This document shows positions 1 through 8,772 of a DNA stretch of 49,195 bases, piece by piece. The stretch's first letter is position 1; the number at the start of each line of letters is the position of its first letter. A program made the position numbers and the translations under genes. The notes beneath the pieces are model-generated. The model was given only the letters and a program-made list of their open reading frames with translations, was not told the origin of the DNA and ran no database searches. This DNA is from an uncultured bacterium (GTDB lineage Bacteria; Krumholzibacteriota; Krumholzibacteriia; Krumholzibacteriales; Krumholzibacteriaceae), in contig CBDUYR010000021.1 of the NCBI GenBank assembly GCA_965371515.1, positions 1-49,195 on the forward strand, read 5' to 3'.

Positions 1-2
1 CT

Positions 3-1226
3 GCCGAGTATTATCATCGATCTTATTTTGTACGGGTTGCCGTTCAGCACAGACTCGGGGAGCGCGATGGCGTGGGCCTCGTCGCGGTACCTGATATATA
101 CTGGAAACTTGTCGCGCCCGAGCCTCGGCCCGACATCGGGGTTTTCTACGAGTCCGTCCCTGTTTATCGGGAAGTGGTTTGAGTCCATCGTGAAGCAGAG
201 CCCGCCGGGAACGTCGAGCTGGCCGGCGAGCGCCCAGAGGATCAGCGTCGCGCGTATGTTCTGGACCCCGCTGTTGGCGTACTCGAGGCCCGTGTACATC
301 AGCTGCGAGACACCCTTCGCAGCAGCGATCCGCCTGGCCAGCGCGGTGACCGTCTCCGCGGGAATCCCTGTGATGTGCTCGACCACCTCGGGCCGGTAGT
401 GCTGAACGTACTTCGCGAGACCGTCGAAGCCAATCGTCCAGTCGCGAACGAAGTCCTCGTCGTAGAGTTCCTCCTCGACGAGTACGTTTATCATGCCGAG
501 AGCCAGGGCGCCGTCTGTGCCGGGGCGTATCGGGATCCAGTCGCCGCCGGTCATCTTCGCGGTCGCCGTTCTGCGAGGATCGATAACGACGACCTCCGCG
601 CCCTTCTCGCGCGCCTGCATGATCCGCTGCATGTCGATCGGCGGCAGGTCTGTCGCCGGGTTTGTCCCCCAGACAACGATCAGCTCTGAGCTCTCGATGT
701 CGGAGAAGGTGTTCATGAACATCCGCCCCATAGTCACGTGGGGCGCGATCATACCATAGGCAACGTAGCAGAGTGCGCCGACGCCCATCGTGTTGGGAGA
801 GCCGAATGGAAAGAGCACGCTGCTCGCCGACGATATCGCGACACCCTTCGGCTGGTAGATGTCGCACATCGAAAGCTCGAAGGAGCCGACGCCGGTGTAT
901 ATCGCTGTCGCCTCCGCTCCGGATTCTTTCTTTATCGTATTGAGCCTGCCGGTAATCGTCTCGAACGCTTCGTCCCATGTGATCCGCTCGAAGTCGAGGG
1001 TCCCCTTCGGGCCCTTCCTCTTCATCGGGTAGAGAAGGCGGTCCTTTGAGTAGACGATCTCCGTTGAATGTTCACCGAGCCGGCAGATGATCCCCATCGG
1101 CGTGCCCTCGTCGGGCCTGACCGATACGAGCCTGCCGCCCCGATCGAGGGTGGCGACGATCCAGCAGCCTGCGCTGCAGATGCCGCATATCGCGCGTTTC
1201 TCCGTATGGCCGTTTTTCTTCGTCAT
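3..1226 (-). CDS. Molybdopterin (bis-MGD) oxidoreductase, 3' end outside the window; candidate metallopterin-dependent ergothioneine synthase
   Basis: Not in the ORF track; translated by hand from ATG 1226. N-terminus MTKKNGHTEKRAICGICSAGCW...IICRLG is a 4Fe-4S motif. Further motifs: DRLLYPMKRKG, FERITWDEA, GALCY, LIVVWGTNP, VIDPRRT, PIRPGTDGALALG. Starts 3 nt after the egtD stop. Confidence 0.9.
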   Translation of the reverse strand, partial: MTKKNGHTEKRAICGICSAGCWIVATLDRGGRLVSVRPDEGTPMGIICRLGEHSTEIVYSKDRLLYPMKRKGPKGTLDFERITWDEAFETITGRLNTIKKESGAEATAIYTGVGSFELSMCDIYQPKGVAISSASSVLFPFGSPNTMGVGALCYVAYGMIAPHVTMGRMFMNTFSDIESSELIVVWGTNPATDLPPIDMQRIMQAREKGAEVVVIDPRRTATAKMTGGDWIPIRPGTDGALALGMINVLVEEELYDEDFVRDWTIGFDGLAKYVQHYRPEVVEHITGIPAETVTALARRIAAAKGVSQLMYTGLEYANSGVQNIRATLILWALAGQLDVPGGLCFTMDSNHFPINRDGLVENPDVGPRLGRDKFPVYIRYRDEAHAIALPESVLNGNPYKIRSMIILG

Positions 1227-1229
1227 TGG

Positions 1230-2225
1230 TTATTTTGTCGGGGCGAAGAGCGTCAGGTTGAACATTCGCTTCGGATCCTGCCACTGCCGGATTATATGCA
1301 GGCCGGATTCATCGGCTATTTCTTCTATCGCTTCGCGGGTGTACTTGTGCGAGTTCTCCGTGTGGATCCTCTCGCCCTCATTGAAATGAAAGGTGCGGCC
1401 GAGGTGCTCTATGGGAATGTCCTGGTCCCGGGCGCTGACCAGGTACATCTCGATCCTGTCCTTGTCCCGGTTGTACTCGGCGATGTGCTCGAATGAATCG
1501 ATGTCGAACCCGCCTCCGAGCTCGCGGTTTATCCGTGCGAGGAGGTTGAGGTTGAACGCAGCGGTGACTCCGCGCGAATCGTTGTACGCCTTCTCCAGTA
1601 TGTTGACGTCCTTGACCAGGTCGAATCCTATGAGCAGCCTGTCGCGGGGCGAGAGGTCCCTGACGATATCCTTGAGAAATCCTTCAGCGGCGCCGCGCTC
1701 GAAGTTGCCGATGCTCGAACCGAGCCACAGGATCAGCTCGGGCCTTTTGTCAAAATGTCTCAACTGCGCCAGGCCTGTACTGTATTCGGCCGCGATCGAG
1801 ACGATCTCGAGCCTGTCGTACCTGACACGCAGTTTCGCCGTGCTCTCCTCGAGCATCGAGTGGGAGATATCTATCGGTGTGTATGAGGCTCTCCCATGCT
1901 TTTCAAGAAGAGCCTCGATGATGATCGTCGTCTTTACAGAGCTCCCACTTCCCAGTTCCACCAGAACGACGTTCCCCGGCATGCCACCGATGATCTCCCC
2001 GGCGCCGGCTTCCAGTATCGTCGCTTCGGTCCTCGTCTGGTAGTACTCGGGCAGCCTGCAGATCTCCTCGAAGAGAAGCGATCCCTCGTAGTCGTAGAAA
2101 TATCTGCAGTCGAGGTGCTTCGGTGAATCGCCGAGTCCTCGCGCGACATCCTCGGCAAATGACGAAACAGGATCTGCTGCAGCGGATGCTGTTTTCGCTG
2201 CTCTTTCCGTCCGGGAAAGCTGCAT
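1230..2225 (-). CDS. egtD: L-histidine N-alpha-trimethyltransferase
   Basis: Motifs RYFYDYEGSLLFEEICRLPEYYQTRTE, ELGSGSSVKT, GSSIGNF, AYNDSRGVTAAFNLNLL, IHTENSHKY. Confidence 0.92.
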   Translation of the reverse strand: MQLSRTERAAKTASAAADPVSSFAEDVARGLGDSPKHLDCRYFYDYEGSLLFEEICRLPEYYQTRTEATILEAGAGEIIGGMPGNVVLVELGSGSSVKTTIIIEALLEKHGRASYTPIDISHSMLEESTAKLRVRYDRLEIVSIAAEYSTGLAQLRHFDKRPELILWLGSSIGNFERGAAEGFLKDIVRDLSPRDRLLIGFDLVKDVNILEKAYNDSRGVTAAFNLNLLARINRELGGGFDIDSFEHIAEYNRDKDRIEMYLVSARDQDIPIEHLGRTFHFNEGERIHTENSHKYTREAIEEIADESGLHIIRQWQDPKRMFNLTLFAPTK

Positions 2226-2259
2226 CGATGCTCCTCGCTGTGAATTCAGATTCTCCTGA

Positions 2260-3129
2260 CTACAGATCCAGTGCGCTGCGCAGGTAGCTCGCGACCGGTT
2301 CGGGGGGCCTGCCGGTCAGCTTCTCTACATGATCTGTCACCTGCTCGAACTCCCCGTTGTCCACCGCGTGATAGAGCGTGGTGAGCATCGGTATGATAAT
2401 CTCGGGCACCTCTTCCTTCCCCGTGCGGCAGATCCCGGCGTATTCTTCGTCGGTGATGCTGTCGAAACGGATCGGTTTGCCCGTCACCTCCGAGATGATC
2501 TCAGCCAGCTTCGTCATACTGAGCGCCTCGGCGCCGGTCAACTCGTAGATCCTGCCGGCATGCCCTTCGCCGGTGCAGGCGGCTGCCGTGGCCCTGGCAA
2601 GATCGTCCCTCGAGATGTAGGCGACCTTCCCCTCCTTTACCGGGTACGGCAGGCGTCCCATCGAAACAAGCTCGGGGATCCAGTCTGCGATCGGGTCGAG
2701 ATACATTCCGCTTCTCAAAATCGTCCAGTCGAGCCTGCTTTCGCGCAGTTTCGATTCGGCAAAGACTATAAACGGCGCGACATGGAACTTCGATTCGGGA
2801 GAGGCGGTGGCAAAGCTCGAAAAGACCACCCGGCCGACTCCCGCTGCCTTCGCCGCCTCGACGGCGTTGGTATGCTGAATCATTCGCGGTTCGATCGGAG
2901 CGAGGGTCGGGATGAGCGAGAGGACGTCGGTCCCTTCAAACGCTTCCTTCATCGAATCGATATCGTCGTAATCGGCATGGCGGACCTCGACGCCCATCTC
3001 CGCAAAATGCTTCGCCTTCGCCGGAGTGCGGACGCTGGCGATCAGCGAATCAGCGGGGACACGATCCAGCAGCGACTGCATGATCTTCCCGCCCAGGTGC
3101 CCGGTCGGAGACATCACATTTATCTTCAC
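2260..3129 (-). CDS. NAD(P)-binding atypical SDR (NmrA/QOR2-YtfG-like)
   Basis: TGHLG Rossmann start, ADYDDIDSM...AFEG, AAKAAGVGRVVFSS, ISRDDLA, YELTG. Likely GTG start at 3129 behind GGAGG. Confidence 0.85.
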   Translation of the reverse strand: MKINVMSPTGHLGGKIMQSLLDRVPADSLIASVRTPAKAKHFAEMGVEVRHADYDDIDSMKEAFEGTDVLSLIPTLAPIEPRMIQHTNAVEAAKAAGVGRVVFSSFATASPESKFHVAPFIVFAESKLRESRLDWTILRSGMYLDPIADWIPELVSMGRLPYPVKEGKVAYISRDDLARATAAACTGEGHAGRIYELTGAEALSMTKLAEIISEVTGKPIRFDSITDEEYAGICRTGKEEVPEIIIPMLTTLYHAVDNGEFEQVTDHVEKLTGRPPEPVASYLRSALDL

Positions 3130-3745
3130 CGTATCCTCCAGTAGCGGCGACATCCGCCATCGCGGAGTTATCCGCCATCGCGGTCATATCCGCCTTTGTA
3201 TTTATATTCCGGAAAAGGTCCCTATCGCGGAAGATCTCGATCTGCGCGCCCATCCGGGTAAGTGCGTTATGCAGTTTGTAGTCTTGTCTGGAAATCTGTT
3301 CTTCGAGGATCGGCAGAGCCGATCTGTGGTAGCAGCCTATGAGCGGTTCGATGAAACCGTCTTCAGTCCCCGCAATACACGCAGGGGGATGCGCCGCACT
3401 GGCAACGGCGAAAAGCCTTTCGAATACATCGATGGTAACGAGCGGCGTGTCGCAGGGAATCACGATATGGCGCGCGGCCCGCGAGTATCTCAGCACCGCG
3501 TGCAGTCCGGCTATCGGCCCGATGCCGCGATGCTCGTCATTGACCAGCGGATATCCGAGATACGCGAGATCGGGATTATTCGTGCTGACCAGGATGTCGT
3601 CGCAGAGAGGCTCGATGATAGATATCGCCCTCGCAACGAGACGCATCCCTCCCCATTCGAGCAGAGCCTTGTCCCGCCCTATCCTCGAGCTCTTCCCTCC
3701 TGCCAGCACTATACCCGTCGGTTTCATATCAACGTCTTTCATCAA
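3050..3745 (-). CDS. mobA: Molybdenum cofactor guanylyltransferase
   Basis: GIVLAGGKSSRIGRDKA, GPIAGL, IPCDTP, EPLIGCY, FRNINT. Confidence 0.9.
   Translation of the reverse strand: MMKDVDMKPTGIVLAGGKSSRIGRDKALLEWGGMRLVARAISIIEPLCDDILVSTNNPDLAYLGYPLVNDEHRGIGPIAGLHAVLRYSRAARHIVIPCDTPLVTIDVFERLFAVASAAHPPACIAGTEDGFIEPLIGCYHRSALPILEEQISRQDYKLHNALTRMGAQIEIFRDRDLFRNINTKADMTAMADNSAMADVAATGGYGEDKCDVSDRAPGREDHAVAAGSCPR
3152..3194. repeat. 18-bp-period tandem repeat in the 3' end of mobA
   Basis: ATCCGCCATCGCGG at 3152 and 3170, partial ATCCGCC at 3188. Confidence 0.8.
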
Positions 3746-3775
3746 ACGATTCTTCCCGGCAGCACTCCCGGGCGC

Positions 3776-4060
3776 CTATTTCCTGGCCGGCGGGAACGAT
3801 CCGATCATCTTCTCGTCGACGTAGCACCATCCCCAGTCATCTCCCGGCTCGAAGGACTGCATCGTCTGGTGCCCCGTCTCGTGGTAATGCGCCGTGGCAT
3901 GCTTGCCGATCGAGCTGTCGCAGCAGCCTACGTGACCGCATGTCCTGCATATCCGCAGTTTGACCCACATCTGCCCGATCTCCATACATTCCTCGCACCC
4001 GGATGTCTTCGGCTCGGGCGGCGGCCCCTCGGTCATATGCTCGCATTTGTTTTCGTACAT
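3776..4060 (-). CDS. UBP-type zinc finger protein
   Basis: CEH...GCEECM...LRICRTCGHVGCCDSSIGKHATAHY...WGWCYVD; AAGGAG before ATG 4060. Confidence 0.88.
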   Translation of the reverse strand: MYENKCEHMTEGPPPEPKTSGCEECMEIGQMWVKLRICRTCGHVGCCDSSIGKHATAHYHETGHQTMQSFEPGDDWGWCYVDEKMIGSFPPARK

Positions 4061-4209
4061 GATCAAGCTCCTTGCCCTATGGACTTTCTCGCTCAAGGAA
4101 TACCCCACCAAAACACTTTGAGATTATACCGCATAATCCGGAACAGTTCCAGAAGACAGATCGGCACCTACCCTCCATTTACGCTTTGCAGCCCGTCTGG
4201 CAGGGTTCG

Positions 4210-5373
4210 TCAAAGAATATCAGCTGATAATTTCGTCCAGGGCACAGCTCGCACACCAGTGGCCAATACTGGCGCCACCGTATCTGACCTGGCTGGTTGG
4301 TGGACAACAAATGCATCAGTTTCATGTCCTTTTATCGCCGATAATAGTTGGCGCAGGGATTTGGCCATGCTGACTTGAGGAGTGCGAGTCGCTTTGGCTT
4401 CGATCAGTGTAAGCCGGTTTTCCCCACGCGGAACGATAAAGTCGACCTCCAGCCCCTGACGGTCCCGGAAATGATATAGAGCTTTGAGTTTTCCGTGGTG
4501 AATCTGCTGCTTGACGATCTCGGAAGCCACCAGCCCTTCAAAGAGAGATCCTAAAAAGGGCGATTTGCGCAGCGCCGCCTCAGTTTCGATGCCCAGCAGA
4601 TGCGCGGCCAGGCCGGAGTCTGCGAAATAAATCTTGGGCGCCTTTGTGATCCGCTTGCCGAAGTTCTCGTAGAACGGTGGTACAATAATTATCTGGGCGG
4701 TGATTTCCAGTACGCCCAGCCACTCGGTGATCGTTGGAACCGAGACACCAAGGGGGCCTGCCAGAGTAGTCTTGTTGAGAACCTGCCCAACCCGGGTGGC
4801 CAGCAGCGCCAGGAAACGCCGGAAAGTGGCCAGGTCCTTGATCGCGAGTACCGCACGAACATCGCGCTCAAGGTAGGTTTGAATATAGGAACGGAACCAG
4901 ATATCCCGTGTTGAAGGCCTGGCGATCACTTCGGGAAAGCCGCCCTTCAGCAGCGATACGGCAGGTTCTTCGGTGTGGGAGAATGGCAAGAGCTGAAAAA
5001 CGGCTGCGCGTCCGGCCATGGACTCCGATACGCCTCGCATCAGAGCGGCTTCCTGTGAGCCGGTCAGGAGCCAGACACCCTTCTGCTCGGGCGAGGCATC
5101 GATTTCGGCCCGGATATAGTTCAGAAGTTCCGGTGTGTTTTGGATCTCATCCAGGATAGCGGGGCGACCGAGTTCCTCCAGAAAGCTTCTGGGGTCATTG
5201 CGAACACTGTCGATGACATCAGGTTCTTCAAGGAGTACATAGGTGGCATCGGGAAAGCAGTGTCTAAGCATTGTCGTTTTGCCGGAGCGTCGCGGACCGG
5301 TTAAAATGGTGGCAGAAAAGGCGGTTGCAGCCCGACGTATTTCATTCTCCTGTGTTCTCTTTATGTATTTCAT
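4210..5373 (-). CDS. AAA+ ATP-binding protein (AAA_14 + DUF4143 type)
   Basis: Walker A GPRRSGKT, Walker B ILDEIQ, LTGS, ESMAGR, PKIYFADSG, C-terminal EVDF...IEAK. Confidence 0.88.
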   Translation of the reverse strand: MKYIKRTQENEIRRAATAFSATILTGPRRSGKTTMLRHCFPDATYVLLEEPDVIDSVRNDPRSFLEELGRPAILDEIQNTPELLNYIRAEIDASPEQKGVWLLTGSQEAALMRGVSESMAGRAAVFQLLPFSHTEEPAVSLLKGGFPEVIARPSTRDIWFRSYIQTYLERDVRAVLAIKDLATFRRFLALLATRVGQVLNKTTLAGPLGVSVPTITEWLGVLEITAQIIIVPPFYENFGKRITKAPKIYFADSGLAAHLLGIETEAALRKSPFLGSLFEGLVASEIVKQQIHHGKLKALYHFRDRQGLEVDFIVPRGENRLTLIEAKATRTPQVSMAKSLRQLLSAIKGHETDAFVVHQPARSDTVAPVLATGVRAVPWTKLSADIL

Positions 5374-5380
5374 ATGGACA

Positions 5381-5409
5381 ATCCTAAAGCAGCATTTAAG
5401 ATATGTCAA
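5381..5409 (-). promoter_or_regulatory. sigma70-type promoter of the AAA gene, probably leaderless
   Basis: TTGACA-17 nt-TAGGAT on the minus strand, 7 nt before ATG 5373; no SD. Confidence 0.6.
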
Positions 5410-5679
5410 TAGTATATTGATCGTCGGGGGCGCTGCTGGAGAACATCTCAAGAAACTCCTGGACAAGTATTCGAACGGATAAGAAAGCGGTCGGCTCCAG
5501 GCTGACAACGCCTTTACTTTCCATAGCTTCTGTGATATAATTTGTTTTCATCAATTAATTCAAGGCATTAAGGGAAAATGGCACGGCCATACTCCCATTG
5601 TGCTTCACCGCGCTGATTTCCCTTTGTTTAAATAAATCGATTCAGATCCGAAGTGATCTCTTCACAAGGAGGAATGGTC

Positions 5680-8100
5680 ATGAGTAAGGTCATGAGAATC
5701 CTGTTCCTGCTCTGTTCCCTTATCATCGCGGCGCCATCGCTCTGGGCTTTGTGGATCGATGATGGTGTTCCCCTCTGCACAGTAAAGGGAGATCAGGACT
5801 ATCCACAGGTTACATCCGATGGAGCCGGCGGGGCGATCGTAACGTGGCAGGACTACCGCGACGAAACCGACTATGACATTTATGCCCAGCATATAAACGC
5901 CTCGGGAACAGTCCAGTGGACAGCGAATGGAGTCCCCCTCAGCAGGGCAACGGGGTATCAGAACTATCCTCAAATCACATCCGATGGAGCAGGCGGGGCA
6001 ATCGTAACGTGGCAGGACAATCACAGCGGCAACTATGACATCTATGCCCAGAGGATAGATGCCTCGGGCACTGCCCTGTGGACTGCTAACGGGATACCCC
6101 TCTGCACGGCTACGGGGCATCAGGAGAATGTCCAGATTACGTCCGATGGAACGGGCGGAGCGATCGTAACGTGGCATGACTACCGCAACGGCAACTATGA
6201 CATCTATGCCCAACGCGTAAATGCTTCAGGAACGGTCCAGTGGACCGCAGATGGAGTCCCCATCTGCACGGCATCGTGGACTCAGCAGTATCCCCAGGTT
6301 ACATCCGATGGAGCAGGCGGGGCTATCATAACGTGGCAGGACCTTCGCAGCATTATTTACTCTGACATCTATGCCCAGCGCATAAACGCCTCAGGAACGG
6401 TTCAGTGGGCAGTGGATGGAGTGCTCCTCTGCACGGCAACAGGATTTCAGGGCTACCCCCAGGTAACATCCGATGGAGCCGGCGGGGCGATCGTAACGTG
6501 GCAGGACACTCGTAGCGGTAACTCTGACATCTATGCCCAGTTCATAAATGCCTCGGGAACGGTCCAGTGGACCGCAGATGGAATATCCCTCTGCACGGCT
6601 GCGGGGGATCAGAATTATCCGCGGGTGACATCCGATGGAGCAGGCGGGGCGATCATGACGTGGCAAGATCCTCGCAGCGGCAGCTATGACATCTATACCC
6701 AGAGCGTAAATGCTTCAGGAACGGTCCAGTGGACCGCAGATGGAGTGCCCCTCTGCACAGCAACCGGGCTTCAGTACTATCCCCAGGTAACATCCGATGG
6801 AGCAGGCGGGGCGATCATGACGTGGCGAGACACTCGTAACGGCAACGGTCACATATATACGCAGCGCATAAACGCCGCGGGAACAGTTCAGTGGACTACA
6901 GATGGAGTCCCCCTCTGCACGACAACAGGGGATCGGTTCTATCCGCAGGTGACATCCGATGGAGCAGGCGGGGCGATCATGACGTGGCAAGACACTCGCG
7001 GCGATAACTCGGATATCTATGCCCAGCAGATCGATTCGCAGGGAAGGATCGGCTTTCTCTCGCCGGTCATTCACTCAGTCAACGATGTTCCCGGCGATGA
7101 GGGTGGCTTCGTGAATCTGACCTGGGAAGCCTCCCCACTCGACTACCATCTGGGTGAGATCACTGAGTATACGGTATGGCGGGCGCTGGAAGCATCGGCG
7201 GCAGCAACCTGGCTTTCAAACGGCGGCACAATCGTTTCGAGCCCGGCGGCAGCGTTGGAAACTTCGCCGACAGGGACCGAGAGACCCATCCTTCGGCACG
7301 CTTCCCTGAACGGGGAGATGTTCTTCTGGGAATTGATCGCTTCTCAGGCCGGTTACCGCCTCGAAGGTTATGCCAGGATCGTACCGACTGCATTTGACTC
7401 GACGGCGGTCTGTGACGATTATCATTATTTCCAGATCATCGCTCACACATCCGACCCCTCGATCTTCTATGTCTCCGATCCCGACAGCGGATACTCGGTC
7501 GACAATCTCAGCCCCTGTCCTCCCCTTGCTTTTACCGGCGAGCAGATCTACACGCCTGAAGGGCTCGCGCTCACCTGGGAACCAGGCAGCGAACCGGACC
7601 TTGGATGCTACCGGATCTATCGGGGGACAGATGAGTCGTTCGTGCCGGGAGCAGGGAACCTGCTCACCGAATCGGAGGACGCCGAACACTTCGACGACAC
7701 ATGGACCTGGAACGCCGGATATTATTACAAACTCTCAGCGGTAGACATGCACGGCAACGAGAGCGGCTTTGCGCTGCTCAGCCCGGGCGCTGTCACGGGG
7801 GACGATCCGATTGCGACCCCGACAGCGACATATCTTGCGCAGAACTTCCCCAACCCTTTCAATCCCATCACTAACATCGGGTTCGGGATAAAAGAGTCCG
7901 GGCATGTATCAATCCGGATCTATGACGCTGCGGGACGGCTCGTAACGACTCTTGTCGACGAATCGAGACCCGCAGGCAGATATACCACTGAGTGGAACGG
8001 CATGGCCTCTGACGGACACAGGGCCTCGTCAGGCGTTTACTTCTGCCGCCTCAGTACGAAGGCATTTACAGAGAACAGGAAGATGATCTTGCTGAGATAA
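5680..8100 (+). CDS. Secreted 8-repeat beta-propeller protein with FN3-like region and T9SS type-A/FlgD-like C-terminal domain
   Basis: Signal peptide; 8 repeats WTADGVPLCT..G.Q.YPQVTSDGAGGAIVTWQD.R....DIYAQRINASG; tail QNFPNPFNP...SSGVYFCRL...RKMILLR; SD AAGGAGG. Confidence 0.85.
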   Translation: MSKVMRILFLLCSLIIAAPSLWALWIDDGVPLCTVKGDQDYPQVTSDGAGGAIVTWQDYRDETDYDIYAQHINASGTVQWTANGVPLSRATGYQNYPQITSDGAGGAIVTWQDNHSGNYDIYAQRIDASGTALWTANGIPLCTATGHQENVQITSDGTGGAIVTWHDYRNGNYDIYAQRVNASGTVQWTADGVPICTASWTQQYPQVTSDGAGGAIITWQDLRSIIYSDIYAQRINASGTVQWAVDGVLLCTATGFQGYPQVTSDGAGGAIVTWQDTRSGNSDIYAQFINASGTVQWTADGISLCTAAGDQNYPRVTSDGAGGAIMTWQDPRSGSYDIYTQSVNASGTVQWTADGVPLCTATGLQYYPQVTSDGAGGAIMTWRDTRNGNGHIYTQRINAAGTVQWTTDGVPLCTTTGDRFYPQVTSDGAGGAIMTWQDTRGDNSDIYAQQIDSQGRIGFLSPVIHSVNDVPGDEGGFVNLTWEASPLDYHLGEITEYTVWRALEASAAATWLSNGGTIVSSPAAALETSPTGTERPILRHASLNGEMFFWELIASQAGYRLEGYARIVPTAFDSTAVCDDYHYFQIIAHTSDPSIFYVSDPDSGYSVDNLSPCPPLAFTGEQIYTPEGLALTWEPGSEPDLGCYRIYRGTDESFVPGAGNLLTESEDAEHFDDTWTWNAGYYYKLSAVDMHGNESGFALLSPGAVTGDDPIATPTATYLAQNFPNPFNPITNIGFGIKESGHVSIRIYDAAGRLVTTLVDESRPAGRYTTEWNGMASDGHRASSGVYFCRLSTKAFTENRKMILLR
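5752..7053 (+). repeat. Eight intragenic tandem repeats of 162-165 bp
   Basis: Anchor AC(A/G)TCCGATGGA at 5812, 5977, 6139, 6301, 6466, 6628, 6790 and 6952. Confidence 0.95.
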
Positions 8101-8206
8101 CAAATGTCTCTTCTGAGTAATCGAAGGGGTTTAAAAGAATAAAGGAGCTGACGCTCAGGTCATACTGATGCCTGCATGGGGAGAGACCACCTATGAACTT
8201 GATATG

Positions 8207-8358
8207 TGATGTGACCCCCTAGAACTGGTCCAGATTTAGAGTTATAATCTGGCGGCAAATAAGGGGGCATTTTCATGTCCAGAAAACGGTATTCAACCGA
8301 GCAGATCATCTCAATCTGTCAGGCAGGATCAGGCACAGATCAAGGGGACATGGTATGA
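8207..8358 (+). mobile_element. IS3-family remnant: left inverted repeat plus truncated orfA
   Basis: TGATGTGACCCCCTAGAACTGGTCCA resembles IS3/IS911 IRL; TATAAT at 8243; ORF 8275-8358 begins MSRKRYSTEQII and stops after 27 aa. Confidence 0.7.
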
Positions 8359-8514
8359 AAAGCCGTCAAATACCGCTTTCTAAAGATATGCGGGTCTATT
8401 ATGTTTTCCGGGTCTTTGCTTTAATCGGCCCGCGGACCGTAAATAACGGCGCGGCTCCCGGATTTCCACTCTATGCTCGGGCAATGGCAGGCATTGCCCG
8501 GTGAGGAACCGAGT

Positions 8515-8772
8515 ATGTTTGCAGAAGGCCTGATGCTGATGGTTCTCGGCATGTCGGTTGTCTTTCTGTTCCTCGGCCTGCTGGTACTTACGATCAATGC
8601 GACCTCGTTCGTCCTGCGGAAAATCATCGGTAATGGACCCGAAGAGGAATCCCCTGCGGCCAGGACATCAATACCTGTAAAAAAAGACAAGGCTGCCATT
8701 GCCGCGGTCGTGGCCTCGGTAATCGATTACTCCAGGGAAATGTCCGTGAAGGCGGCTGATAATAATGGGTAA
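8515..8772 (+). CDS. oadG: Na+-translocating decarboxylase gamma subunit
   Basis: GLMLMVLGMSVVFLFLGLL single TM helix, IAAVVASV; overlaps the oadA start. Confidence 0.85.
   Translation: MFAEGLMLMVLGMSVVFLFLGLLVLTINATSFVLRKIIGNGPEEESPAARTSIPVKKDKAAIAAVVASVIDYSREMSVKAADNNG

Noticed and set aside
28..1496. Plus-strand ORFs in the track
   Set aside because: Shadows of the minus-strand molybdopterin enzyme and egtD, which carry clear motifs.
3026..4378. 450-aa plus-strand ORF
   Set aside because: Antisense to mobA, the zinc finger and the ATPase; no motifs.
5579..5595. TGGCAC as a sigma54 promoter for the propeller gene
   Set aside because: No GC or TTGC-like element at the -12 position.
5752..7053. 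Repeats as a CRISPR array or DGR template/variable repeats
   Set aside because: They are in-frame 54-55-codon coding repeats with no spacers. No cas or reverse transcriptase gene is in the window, and differences are not obviously adenine-restricted.
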